Part shown: positions 49,589 to 61,103 of the stretch, one piece after another
Position numbering within the stretch: the stretch's first letter is position 1
Layout: every line of letters starts with the position of its first letter
Origin: Parcubacteria group bacterium
GTDB lineage: Bacteria; Patescibacteriota; Minisyncoccia; Moranbacterales; UBA11712
Direction of reading: 5' to 3'
NCBI GenBank assembly: GCA_041659685.1
Contig: JBAZXV010000004.1
Coordinates: 70,355 to 134,354, forward strand
Length of the DNA: 64,000 nucleotides
Position numbers and translations under genes: made by a program
Notes under the pieces: generated by a model
The model's input: the letters and a program-made list of their open reading frames with translations, nothing else
The model's database searches: none
What the model was told of the DNA's origin: nothing

Positions 49589-49870
49589 ATGCTGCCATTA
49601 ATTATAAACTACAGCGCCCTGATAGCCTTTTCTTTTTTTACAATTGATATTGTTGTCCAAATATTCCATATCCACAAAATAAAATCCTCAAGAGATATTT
49701 CCATAAAGGGATCTGTAATCAGGGCTGTTGCCGCTTATATTCTGTTGGTTAAATATTATTCCGTTAATGATATTTTTTTGGAGATCGGGCAAACGGTGTT
49801 TACCCTTTCGCTCACCGCATACTTATTGATGATGATTTATTACAGGAAGGGCGCAGACCAACCGGAATAA
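49589..49870 (+). CDS. Small 3-TM PQ-loop/SemiSWEET-like protein
   Basis: 93 aa, Q...K.KSSRDIS. Confidence 0.55.
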   Translation: MLPLIINYSALIAFSFFTIDIVVQIFHIHKIKSSRDISIKGSVIRAVAAYILLVKYYSVNDIFLEIGQTVFTLSLTAYLLMMIYYRKGADQPE

Positions 49871-49934
49871 ATTATTTTCTTGTCCTATCTCCTTCAAATT
49901 CCGCTGAAATATTAATTTTTTAAAGGATAATTAA

Positions 49935-50360
49935 ATGTCCGAAATGCATGGAGTTGAAAACTCAAGTGGAAATGAAATGAAACTGTATAGTTTTGAAGAA
50001 TTTTGCGAGCGGCAGGAAAATTTCTATACCATTTTTTTGCCGGAAATAAATTCTAAGATACTTGGAGAATTTCAAAAAGATAATCCGGAGCTGGCGGAGA
50101 AACTGATTGTTGAAATGGGCGTGGCTATCAAGGCGAATCTTGCCAAAGAAAATCCATTCAGAGTTAGCAAAATAATTGCTGAAGAATATCGAAAGAAAGG
50201 AGAACAGATCAGCGACGAAAAACTTATTAAGGAAGTGTCTTTACGCGAAGTATTTGGGCAAAAGAAGGCAATAGAGCCGTTTTTAGCGGATTTATACGAA
50301 GCCTATCTGATTCTTAGAAAAAAATATTCCAATAGGGAATTGAAATTGAAATATTGGTAA
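49935..50360 (+). CDS. Hypothetical protein
   Basis: 141 aa ORF co-oriented in the array. Confidence 0.65.
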   Translation: MSEMHGVENSSGNEMKLYSFEEFCERQENFYTIFLPEINSKILGEFQKDNPELAEKLIVEMGVAIKANLAKENPFRVSKIIAEEYRKKGEQISDEKLIKEVSLREVFGQKKAIEPFLADLYEAYLILRKKYSNRELKLKYW

Positions 50361-50434
50361 ATCCGCCTGCCTGATAAAATTTATTCTTCAAAAAATTCCC
50401 GCAAATAAGCCATGAAATTATATATTTTAACGCT

Positions 50435-51115
50435 ATGGAAAAAGAATCTCTAACCAGAAATCACTTATCCGCCACAAAAGAAAAATGGGAGGAAAAGCAT
50501 GGAAGCGGAGAATGGGCGGGCGGAAAGTGGGAAATAAAAAGAGTAATTGATTTTTTCGACCGATACAAAAAAGAGCTTGGCCGCGAGGTGCTGGATATCG
50601 GTTCCGGCTGCGGGCGCAATGCGGTTCCCTTGGCGAGAAGGGGACACGATGTTACCTGTCTAGAACTCACTGAGGAGGGGCTCAAAAAAACCAGAGTGAA
50701 ACTTGAGGCCGAGCAGCTTAAGGCGAATTTAGTTCAGGGGGATCAGAGCCGTCTGCCTTTTCAGAATGAAAAATTCGATTCAGTCGTCAGCGTCCAGTCT
50801 TTCCAATTCAATGTGACAAAGTGGGACGCCGAGAAATCTTTTGCGGAAGCGGCCAGAGTGTTGAAGCCGGACGGCATTTTTTTCTTGAGAGTCCGGTCGG
50901 AAGATTTTTTTGACGGCAACCACAAAATTTTCGATGAAGCGGGCAGTTTGGAGTCCAGAGGATATTCTCTGGCTGAAATCATGCATCTTGCGGCGGCCAA
51001 TAATATGGAAATTATCGAAGAACCGGTGGATTCATATAAGGATGACAAGGACGGAAATATTATTAGAAAAGGGCAGTGGAATATCGTGATGAGGAAAAAG
51101 AAAGTAAACCATTAG
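50435..51115 (+). CDS. Class I SAM-dependent methyltransferase
   Basis: VLDIGSGCGRN, LPF..EKFD, RVLKPDG. Confidence 0.9.
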   Translation: MEKESLTRNHLSATKEKWEEKHGSGEWAGGKWEIKRVIDFFDRYKKELGREVLDIGSGCGRNAVPLARRGHDVTCLELTEEGLKKTRVKLEAEQLKANLVQGDQSRLPFQNEKFDSVVSVQSFQFNVTKWDAEKSFAEAARVLKPDGIFFLRVRSEDFFDGNHKIFDEAGSLESRGYSLAEIMHLAAANNMEIIEEPVDSYKDDKDGNIIRKGQWNIVMRKKKVNH

Positions 51116-51166
51116 AATTCCAATGGAATATTAAAATAAAATCAATAATTATTATTAAGCAAAAGT

Positions 51167-51922
51167 ATGCTGCTTGAAAACAAAACAGCGATTGTAACCG
51201 GTGCGGCGAAAGGTATCGGAAAAGGAATTGCTCTGGCTCTCGCGAAAGAGGGATCGAACGTCGTCGTTTCGGACATTGACCAAAAAGAATCAGAAACGGT
51301 GACTGAAGAAATCAAAAAAATAGGGCCGAAAGCACTCGCTGTCCAGTGCGATGTTTCCAAAAAAGAAGAAGTGGAAAATCTTTTCTCGAAAACTATTCAG
51401 GAATTCGGCCACGCCGATATTCTCGTCAACAACGCCGGAATTTATCCTTTTAAACCCTTTGTCGAGATGCAAGAATCCGATTGGGACAAGGTAATGAACG
51501 TGAATTTGAAAAGCATCTTTCTTTGCTCGAAGGAAGCCGCCAAAGTTCTGCCGGAAGGCGGGCGGATTGTGAATATTTCCTCCGTCGCCGCTTTTGTGGG
51601 ATTTGAAGGGCTAGTGCATTATTGCGCTACGAAAGGAGCCGTTAATGCGATGATCCGGGCGCTGGCGCTTGAACTTGCGCCGAAAAAAATCACCGTGAAC
51701 GCCGTGGCGCCGGGCGCTATCGACACTCCGGGCGCCAGTCAACCGGACCAGCCGAGAACTGCCGCCGAGGAAACCAGGAAACAAACCATTGCTATGATTC
51801 CTCTTTCCCGAATGGGTCAGCCCGAGGACATTGCCAATGCCGTTGTTTTTCTGGCTTCGGAAAAATCCGGTTATATTACCGGCCAAACGATCATTGTCGA
51901 CGGGGGATGGACTTTAAGATAA
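51167..51922 (+). CDS. SDR family oxidoreductase
   Basis: TGAAKGIG, NNAG, YCATK, VDGG. Confidence 0.95.
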   Translation: MLLENKTAIVTGAAKGIGKGIALALAKEGSNVVVSDIDQKESETVTEEIKKIGPKALAVQCDVSKKEEVENLFSKTIQEFGHADILVNNAGIYPFKPFVEMQESDWDKVMNVNLKSIFLCSKEAAKVLPEGGRIVNISSVAAFVGFEGLVHYCATKGAVNAMIRALALELAPKKITVNAVAPGAIDTPGASQPDQPRTAAEETRKQTIAMIPLSRMGQPEDIANAVVFLASEKSGYITGQTIIVDGGWTLR

Positions 51923-51953
51923 GAAGTTCGTAATTATTCATAACGGAAAACTT

Positions 51954-52712
51954 ATGGAAATCAGCCTCAAAAACAAAAATATTCTCGTGACGGGCGCCAG
52001 CCGGGGAATTGGGAAGGCAATTGCGGAAGAAACGGGAAAATCCGGAGCGCGAGTGGCGGTTCACTATGGAAAAAATAAGGCGGAAGCTGAAAAAATAGCC
52101 AAGGAAATCGGGAATAATTCACAAGCTTTCGGAGCAGACCTTGAAAAACCGGAGGAATGCAAAAATCTTTTCGAAAAAGTTGTAAAGGATTTTAGGCGCA
52201 TTGACGTTCTTGTGAATAATGCTGGTGTCGCAATATTATCTCCGCTCGACGGCGACAAATGGGTTGAGGCTTGGGATCGGACGATGGCAATCAATCTGCG
52301 ATCCGTTGGAATTCTTGCGCGTCTGGCTATTCAGCATTTTCGCAAAATAGGCGGAGGAAAGATTATTAATATAGCATCCCGCGCCGCATATCGGGGGGAT
52401 ACGGCGGAATACTTAGCCTACGCCGCTTCCAAGGGCGGAGTGGTTTCGCTCAGCAAATCCATCGCCAGGGATTTTGGAAAAGACAATATTGTGTGTTTTG
52501 CGCTGGCGCCGGGCTGGGTGCGGACTGACATGGCAAAGGAAGCTATGGATCAGGATGAATATGGCGAAGAGTTCGTTATGCAGGGGATCGCGCTCAATCG
52601 TCTCACTGAGCCGCGTGACATTGCGCCCATTGCCGCGCTTCTCGCGAGCGGGCTTGCGGATCACGCCACCGGAACGACGATTGACATCAACGCGGCGAGC
52701 TATGTCCACTAA
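51954..52712 (+). CDS. SDR family oxidoreductase
   Basis: TGASRGIG, NNAG, YAASK. Confidence 0.95.
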   Translation: MEISLKNKNILVTGASRGIGKAIAEETGKSGARVAVHYGKNKAEAEKIAKEIGNNSQAFGADLEKPEECKNLFEKVVKDFRRIDVLVNNAGVAILSPLDGDKWVEAWDRTMAINLRSVGILARLAIQHFRKIGGGKIINIASRAAYRGDTAEYLAYAASKGGVVSLSKSIARDFGKDNIVCFALAPGWVRTDMAKEAMDQDEYGEEFVMQGIALNRLTEPRDIAPIAALLASGLADHATGTTIDINAASYVH

Positions 52713-52793
52713 TATTCTCCGAAATATCATTGCGACGAATACTTTCTCAACTCGGAAATACAGTCTTGTTATTGGCTACGGGGTAATGCTGTA

Positions 52794-52831
52794 TATTTCT
52801 TATCAGTAAACTAGTTTACTGATAAGAAATA
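52794..52831. promoter_or_regulatory. 38-bp perfect palindrome, putative operator
   Basis: TATTTCTTATCAGTAAACT|AGTTTACTGATAAGAAATA, 25 nt upstream of the TrpR-like ATG. Confidence 0.8.
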
Positions 52832-52856
52832 AAAAGTAATATTTAAGAGAAATATT

Positions 52857-53291
52857 ATGGCCGGTAAAGTGAAATACAATCAACTGACTGATTTTCAGAA
52901 AAAGAAATATCTGGGAGAATTTTATGATATGATTTCGCTTCTTGGGAGCAGGGAAGAAGTAAAAAAGTTTTTCAAGGATCTTCTGACCTTGAGTGAGGTC
53001 GTCATGATCTCTCGGAGAATTCAGATTGCGAAAATGCTTCTGGAAGGGAAAAGTTTCGAGGATATAAAAACAAAAATGAAAGTCGGGAGCAATACGATCA
53101 GTCATGTCGAAAGATGGCTCAACAACGGATTTGGGGGATATAAAGAGATAATTAAAAGGCACGAGAAAGATAGGGCGATGAAAAATGAGGAAATCGAAAA
53201 AAGGATGTCGGCAACTCCGTTTTCCTGGAAAGCGATCAAAAGAAAATACCCATTGCATTTTCTACTACTCAACGCTCTTGATAATAAATAA
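52857..53291 (+). CDS. TrpR-family (YerC/YecD-like) DNA-binding protein
   Basis: FFKDLLTLSEV.MISRR.QIAKMLLEG.SF..I...VGSNTISHV. Confidence 0.88.
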   Translation: MAGKVKYNQLTDFQKKKYLGEFYDMISLLGSREEVKKFFKDLLTLSEVVMISRRIQIAKMLLEGKSFEDIKTKMKVGSNTISHVERWLNNGFGGYKEIIKRHEKDRAMKNEEIEKRMSATPFSWKAIKRKYPLHFLLLNALDNK

Positions 53292-53294
53292 CAT

Positions 53295-53324
53295 TTTTAT
53301 CAGTAAACTAGTTTACTGATAAAA
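53295..53324. promoter_or_regulatory. 30-bp perfect palindrome, second copy
   Basis: TTTTATCAGTAAACT|AGTTTACTGATAAAA; 26-bp core identical to copy 1. Confidence 0.8.
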
Positions 53325-53354
53325 GAAAATATAAGTGATAACCTGCTTGCTAAA

Positions 53355-54176
53355 ATGTCGCGAGAGATAAAAAACAGGGATTCAGTTAAGAAAAAATATA
53401 TTAAATATTTAAACACCGTGCACGGGGCGAAGAAGTATAATGATTACAAGAAAATTCTCTACGGCCGGCCGGACTCGCTGGTCATTGAGCTTTTCCGGCG
53501 GATCTATCCTAATATTAAAGACCAAAAATCGTTGAAAATTTTGGATGTCGGCGGGGGAGATGGAAAGAGGTTGAAACTCCTATTCGATCTATTGTCAAAA
53601 AAGGGAATTGATGCTTCCGCAACGCTGGTTGAACCTTCGTCTGCTTTTGTCACGGAGCTCAAAAAATCCCTAAAATCCGCGAAAAAATATAATATTAGAG
53701 TTGCGAAAAGAAAATTCGAGGACTATTTTGAAAAAGGCGAGTATGATTTGATTTTATTCATTCACAGCATTTTTACCTTTAAAGGTTCGGTCTATCTCCA
53801 AAAAGCCAAAAAAATGCTGGCGAAAAACGGACTACTTATCGTAATGTCAAACGATCCGAAATCTTTCATTGCGGGGCTGAAAAAAATAACAGATGCGAAA
53901 TTTAGATCTGAGAGAAAAGAAATCGGATCAGTTCTCAGGGATCTGATAAATCATGGGTTTAAGCATAAAATTGAAAAATTCGATACAATTTTTAGAGACG
54001 CCACTAAGGACGATAAGATATCAGCTTCGGGAAAAAAGATTCTCGAATGGATATCTCTTTCGGATTATAAAGATATTAGTGGTAATATAAAAAGCAAGGC
54101 ATTATCATATTTCAAAGGAAAGACTATAAATAATCAGGTGAAGGAAAAAGAGATATTAATAAAATCAAGACAATGA
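53355..54176 (+). CDS. Class I SAM-dependent methyltransferase
   Basis: ILDVGGGDG, VEPS, YDLILFIHS. Confidence 0.82.
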   Translation: MSREIKNRDSVKKKYIKYLNTVHGAKKYNDYKKILYGRPDSLVIELFRRIYPNIKDQKSLKILDVGGGDGKRLKLLFDLLSKKGIDASATLVEPSSAFVTELKKSLKSAKKYNIRVAKRKFEDYFEKGEYDLILFIHSIFTFKGSVYLQKAKKMLAKNGLLIVMSNDPKSFIAGLKKITDAKFRSERKEIGSVLRDLINHGFKHKIEKFDTIFRDATKDDKISASGKKILEWISLSDYKDISGNIKSKALSYFKGKTINNQVKEKEILIKSRQ

Positions 54177-54268
54177 TAAAAAAGTCACCTATTCGAATTG
54201 CAATGCTCTTATATGTGCATATATGAGAGTGAAAATATTTTGAGATAAAGAATAATTTTAATATTTTT

Positions 54269-54877
54269 ATGCTTAAAGCCGTTATTTTCGATTTCGACGG
54301 GGTGATTGCGGATACTTTCCAGCTGAATGTCAATATCTCCCGAGAGCAGAAGAAAAAATTTACCCTGAAAGAATTCCGCGATCATCACAACGGCAATGTT
54401 TGGGAAAAGCCGGTTATTCAATATACGAAAAAGAACTTGAAATATGGCTTTGCTGAATATCATTCTCGTCTGGATGGAAGCCTCCTGTTTCCCTTAAAAG
54501 ATCAGATCAAAAAACTCGCAAAAAAACACAAGCTGTTTATCATTTCCAGCAGTCCGGAGAGAAGCATTGAAAAATTTTTGAAGCTTGTAAATATTTCAAA
54601 ATACTTTGAAAAAGTTCTGGGATATTACGCGCATCAGTCAAAAGTTGAGAAATTTAAGATGATTTTTGCGAAGTATAAAGTGAAATCCGAAGAATGCGTC
54701 TTTGTGACTGATTCCTTGGGAGACTTGCGGGAAGCGAAAAAAGTTGAAGTGCCGACGATTGCCGTCACCTGGGGGTATCACGGAAAAACGAGGCTCAAAA
54801 AGGGATCGCCGGACATCATGATCCACAATTTCAAAGATCTTACGGGCGCCGTAAACAAAATAAGAATAACCTTATAA
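54269..54877 (+). CDS. HAD hydrolase (phosphoglycolate phosphatase-like)
   Basis: FDFDGVIADT, ISS, K, VTDS.GD, VTWGY. Confidence 0.9.
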   Translation: MLKAVIFDFDGVIADTFQLNVNISREQKKKFTLKEFRDHHNGNVWEKPVIQYTKKNLKYGFAEYHSRLDGSLLFPLKDQIKKLAKKHKLFIISSSPERSIEKFLKLVNISKYFEKVLGYYAHQSKVEKFKMIFAKYKVKSEECVFVTDSLGDLREAKKVEVPTIAVTWGYHGKTRLKKGSPDIMIHNFKDLTGAVNKIRITL

Positions 54878-54886
54878 TATTCGTGC

Positions 54887-54906
54887 CAGCAAACTAGTCC
54901 AATGAT
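54887..54906. promoter_or_regulatory. Degenerate third copy of the palindrome
   Basis: CAGCAAACTAGTCCAATGAT versus CAGTAAACTAGTTTACTGAT, 16/20; just after TATAAT at 54873. Confidence 0.5.
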
Positions 54907-54955
54907 GCGATTTTCATTGCTGTTGAGAATGAATTATTTGAGAGAGAAATCTATT

Positions 54956-56302
54956 ATGGAAAAAGCCGAAGAAAAAAAATATCCCGCCAAACACCCCCTC
55001 GAAATTTGGAAAAGCCGGGAAGTAACAGATCTTCTCATTGAATTCTTCGGCGTGAATTTCAAAAAAGCGGGGCTTCCGGAAAAAATGGCGCGGGATCTTA
55101 TTCTTACGGCTTTCAAAAACCGAAAAACAGCGGATCGGGAAGGGCTAAGAAGGGTGTGTGAAAAAATAATGCTCGAAGCGAAAGACCGGGCGAAAAACCC
55201 GCCGGATGAAATTGATCCCATTGAGCTTTTTGACCTTAATGAAACGGAAATGTTTCTCGATATCGGAGCGAACAAGCTTGCGACAATCAATTATCTTGCC
55301 AAAAAACATAAAAATATAAAAAAATTAATCGGCATCGACACGATTCCGCAGAGAAGCAACTTTCACGAACCGCAAAAGAGTTCTTATTTTCAAGTTAGCC
55401 CGAAGGCAAAATCTTTTCCGATCAAAAAAGAATCGGTTGATTTCATCAATTTGCAATTCGTTTTTCATCATTTTCCCGATGCCGGGTCGATAAAGAGAAT
55501 GCTTTCGATTTGCAGAAAAATTCTGAAACCGGGCGGGATGATTCTCCTTTGGGAGGAATCATTCACGAAAAAATTTGATCCGGAAATGATAAAAATAAAC
55601 AGGCGGCTGGGAATCAAGACGGACAAAATTATTACGGAAAAGTTTTATTCTTTAAACGAAAAAAAACGCTGGGAATTCATTATCGCGAATGATTGGCTCA
55701 TCAATGTCAGCAGTTCGCACATGCCTTGGACCGGCCAATACAGAACTTGGCCGGAATGGGAGAAACTGATGTATGACGCCGGGTTCTATTTCAAAAAAAG
55801 CTATAATTTTGGCCTTCGCGCGAGCGGCCGCCTGAAGCAGGGAGCGCATATGATTGGGATGTTCAAAAAACTGAAAATCTTGAACGGATCGAATGTTTTT
55901 GTGAAAAATAGGAAATTAAAAAAGATTCTGTTTGTTCTTCGAGACAACAAGCCGAATATTCTTTACCCGGGAAAATGGGGAAATTTTGGCGGAGGGGTGG
56001 AAGAAGGAGAGTCTCCGCTTGAGGCAATTAAAAGAGAAATCAAAGAAGAGTCGAATATAAAAATTTCGAATTTTAAGCTTCTGGGAAAAGAAAAAGTCAC
56101 TCATATCTTGTGCGGTGAAAAATTTCCGCGGACTAGCCACTATTACATTGCTGAAACGGACGCAAAGCTTGGCGAGACAAAAATTTTCGAAGGGCAAAGG
56201 GCAAGATATTTCACGCTCAAAGAAATTCTTGCGAATAAAAATCTTGGCCCGGTAGCCCGAAAGATGATAAAAAAATATTATAAAGAAATAAGCAGTTTCT
56301 AG
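54956..56302 (+). CDS. SAM methyltransferase-NUDIX fusion
   Basis: FLDIGAN, VFHH, ILKPGG; then LRDNKP..PGKW..GGGVEEGESPLEAIKREIKEE. Confidence 0.82.
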   Translation: MEKAEEKKYPAKHPLEIWKSREVTDLLIEFFGVNFKKAGLPEKMARDLILTAFKNRKTADREGLRRVCEKIMLEAKDRAKNPPDEIDPIELFDLNETEMFLDIGANKLATINYLAKKHKNIKKLIGIDTIPQRSNFHEPQKSSYFQVSPKAKSFPIKKESVDFINLQFVFHHFPDAGSIKRMLSICRKILKPGGMILLWEESFTKKFDPEMIKINRRLGIKTDKIITEKFYSLNEKKRWEFIIANDWLINVSSSHMPWTGQYRTWPEWEKLMYDAGFYFKKSYNFGLRASGRLKQGAHMIGMFKKLKILNGSNVFVKNRKLKKILFVLRDNKPNILYPGKWGNFGGGVEEGESPLEAIKREIKEESNIKISNFKLLGKEKVTHILCGEKFPRTSHYYIAETDAKLGETKIFEGQRARYFTLKEILANKNLGPVARKMIKKYYKEISSF

Positions 56303-56523
56303 CTTGGATCAAATGAAAGAAATCTAAAGAGATATTGTTTCTTCTGACTGCTGGCATATTCCGGGCGGCAGTGTAAAAAAGGCGAAACAAAAATTGAAGT
56401 CCGGCAGCGACTTATATGCTTGTCGCCGGGTTGGAATAGAAGATGTAAATAATGAATTTACACGTTTTTTAATTAATGATATAATTTAAAATAATCGGGT
56501 AATAATTAATAATTATATAAAAA

Positions 56524-57567
56524 ATGAAAATAAAAACAAAGCAGGTGATTTTGGCGAGCATCGCCCTGATTGCCATGGTTGCGATGGCGGTGCCGGTTAT
56601 GGCTGAGCCAAATCAAGGAGATCAGAGAGAAATGCCGGGTCCGGATGACATGTTTTGGGCAATTTTTTCCCAGATGTCAACACCGGATGATACCGCAAAT
56701 TGCCTGGTCGCGCTTGATAACTACATAACCCAGCATCCGACTGATTTTAGCGAACCAGATGGAGATACGTCCCAGGCGCGCTCAGAAATGACGCAGATGT
56801 GTTCTCAAGTAGCGCAAATGAGAACTGAAATGGAAGGCGGCATGGCCGCTGACGGTGCGATTACTAATCTCTTCGATACGGAAAACACAAACTGGCACGC
56901 GATCAATAATCTGTATTTTCAGAAAAACGAAAACGGCGTGCCGATGGGACGAATTGGTTTTTCCAATACGATCGATTTCATGACTTATCGTTTCTTCAGT
57001 TTCATGAATAATTTCGGCAACCTTGTTCAGTTTAATGACGGATATATCAGCCTCAATGCCGCCATGGTGCCGGATATGATTAATTACGGAGCCACCCTTA
57101 CCATGTATGGCCTTGATTTTTCCGAGCAGCCTGATATCTATGTGTCAAACGGAGCAAATATGAGAAAGGCCGTCGAGGGAGCCGATATAAGCGGAATCAC
57201 TTGGGACGCGACGGCGAAAACTTTGTCTTTTACTCCGGGACATTTCAGTTCTTTCAAAGCGGTTGAAAAAGGATCGAAGTTAAAGGCAATGAAAATTTCG
57301 AGCGTAAAGAAAAAGACGATAAAATATAAGGCCGGAAAAACTTTCAAATTGACGGTAAAAGGCAAGAACCTCTATAAAAAAGGATCGGACGTTAGCTGTA
57401 CTCTCGGTTTTCAGCAAGCGGCCAAAGTTCGGTCGGCGAGAAACGGCAAAAAAGTCACCTGCACCTACGGCATGGACAGCTTTATTCAAGGATCCACTTA
57501 TCCTTTGACGATTTCCATTATTGGAAATGGCGAAGTGACTCGAACAAATGCGGTTCGAATAAAATAA
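56524..57567 (+). CDS. Secreted/surface protein with C-terminal Ig/IPT-like domain
   Basis: Signal peptide ending VMA; HFS motif; LTVKGKN..V beta-rich tail. Confidence 0.7.
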   Translation: MKIKTKQVILASIALIAMVAMAVPVMAEPNQGDQREMPGPDDMFWAIFSQMSTPDDTANCLVALDNYITQHPTDFSEPDGDTSQARSEMTQMCSQVAQMRTEMEGGMAADGAITNLFDTENTNWHAINNLYFQKNENGVPMGRIGFSNTIDFMTYRFFSFMNNFGNLVQFNDGYISLNAAMVPDMINYGATLTMYGLDFSEQPDIYVSNGANMRKAVEGADISGITWDATAKTLSFTPGHFSSFKAVEKGSKLKAMKISSVKKKTIKYKAGKTFKLTVKGKNLYKKGSDVSCTLGFQQAAKVRSARNGKKVTCTYGMDSFIQGSTYPLTISIIGNGEVTRTNAVRIK

Positions 57568-57590
57568 TAAGATTGACTTGGTCTCTTATC

Positions 57591-57624
57591 AAAGAAACCT
57601 CCTGAATTTCGGGAGGTTTCTTTT
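57591..57624 (+). terminator. Intrinsic terminator
   Basis: AAAGAAACCTCC...GGAGGTTTCTTTT. Confidence 0.75.
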
Positions 57625-57871
57625 GCGTCAGCCGGGGACAATTGATTGCAAAATTATTGAAGGAATAGTATAATTAAAAAAGAAAAAGTATTCGATCAGT
57701 TGGCTGTTTTTTTGAGCTATTTTAGCATAAGCATCCGCTTTTTAGGAGGCGGTATTTAGTTGCATTTGTCTTAAAAATCTGCTACAATAACAAGAGTAAC
57801 ATAAGGAGTCCGCCTGGTTAAGCGCCGCAAAGCGGCAATTTCGCCCGGTGTCACCATTCAACGGAACAAAA

Positions 57872-58236
57872 ATGACAATTCGCGCCTACCTTTGGGGAAT
57901 GAGGCTCAGCACAATAGTTGCGCTTTGCTGTCTGGGGGTCGTTATATATTATGTCAATCCGGCAAGAGACGGTTTGATCGGACAGGTTTTGTTTTATGTA
58001 AGTCTTTTCTTTTCGGTCACGGGGCTGGCCACACTGTTTTTATTTTGGCTCCGGAGGTTATTTTCCCGAAACGAAACTGCTTACCTTAATGTCGGAATCA
58101 GTTTTCGCCAAGGAATGCTGGTCGCGTTTGCCGTAACGGGAATGTTTATCCTTCAGAGTTTCCGATTTCTCATCTGGTGGGACGCGGGACTGGTAATAGT
58201 GGCGGCCTTGCTTATCGAGCTCTGGTTCCTATCTAA

Positions 58237-58240
<4 letters not shown>
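57872..58240 (+). CDS. Small 4-TM membrane protein
   Basis: Hydrophobic; FY.SLF, SFRQG. Confidence 0.75.
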
Positions 58241-60367
<2,127 letters not shown>

Positions 60368-60438
60368 CAATTATTTCAAAAAAGCGTTTTTTCTATACTT
60401 TTTCTCTAAATAAATTGAATAAGTATTAAATAAAAAAT

Positions 60439-60897
60439 ATGGAAAATATGCAAGCCGGCCTGGCCGATGCTATGGAGGTCGTTCGAATAGGAGAAGAAAG
60501 GCTGAAGAAAGTATTAATGGAAATCAAAGATCCGGTTGGGTTATTGAAAGAAAGGGTGAATCAGGGAGTCGATCTTGGAAAATATGATTCAGAAATTCAA
60601 AAGGAAGTCATCGATGCTATGCAGGAAAGAGTTTATAGGGGAATAAAAGATTTGAATATCATTTCGGGAGGAGGGGATGATTTGGCTTCTCTTCCTCAGG
60701 CGCGGATGATATCCCAAGAGGATTATGAAAAATTAAACGCGTTATCCTTCGGTATTATCGGCGAGCTTTTGTCGGTCGTTGAGGAACGAGAACTTTCCGC
60801 GCAATCTTTCATCGTCGCCGGAACCGCCTACTATTATAATGTGACGATGAATAAAAGAGTTCAGCCGGGAAAAACTAAAAATCAGCCCGAACACTAA
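60439..60897 (+). CDS. Hypothetical protein
   Basis: 152 aa ORF after AT-rich leader. Confidence 0.65.
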   Translation: MENMQAGLADAMEVVRIGEERLKKVLMEIKDPVGLLKERVNQGVDLGKYDSEIQKEVIDAMQERVYRGIKDLNIISGGGDDLASLPQARMISQEDYEKLNALSFGIIGELLSVVEERELSAQSFIVAGTAYYYNVTMNKRVQPGKTKNQPEH

Positions 60898-61103
60898 TTT
60901 TTCTTATTATTAATTAATCCACCCTCTTAACATTAATTTTGCAGTGGTGAAGTATGACCGTAAAGTCTATAAATGGCCATTATAAGGCCATTTTTTGCTA
61001 TGTGAATTTTGCTATTGACTAATACCTATGATTATGCTACTATTAAGCATTGTCAATGAAATCATATTGGCAATGTTCCTAAAAATGAAGGAGGGTGCTT
61101 TGT

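Noticed and set aside
44579-52712. Classical integron
   Set aside because: No integrase in the window and no attC-type RYYYAAC...GTTRRRY inverted repeats recognised between the genes.
57835-57856. tRNA 3' end (..GTCACCA)
   Set aside because: No T-loop GTTC and no cloverleaf.
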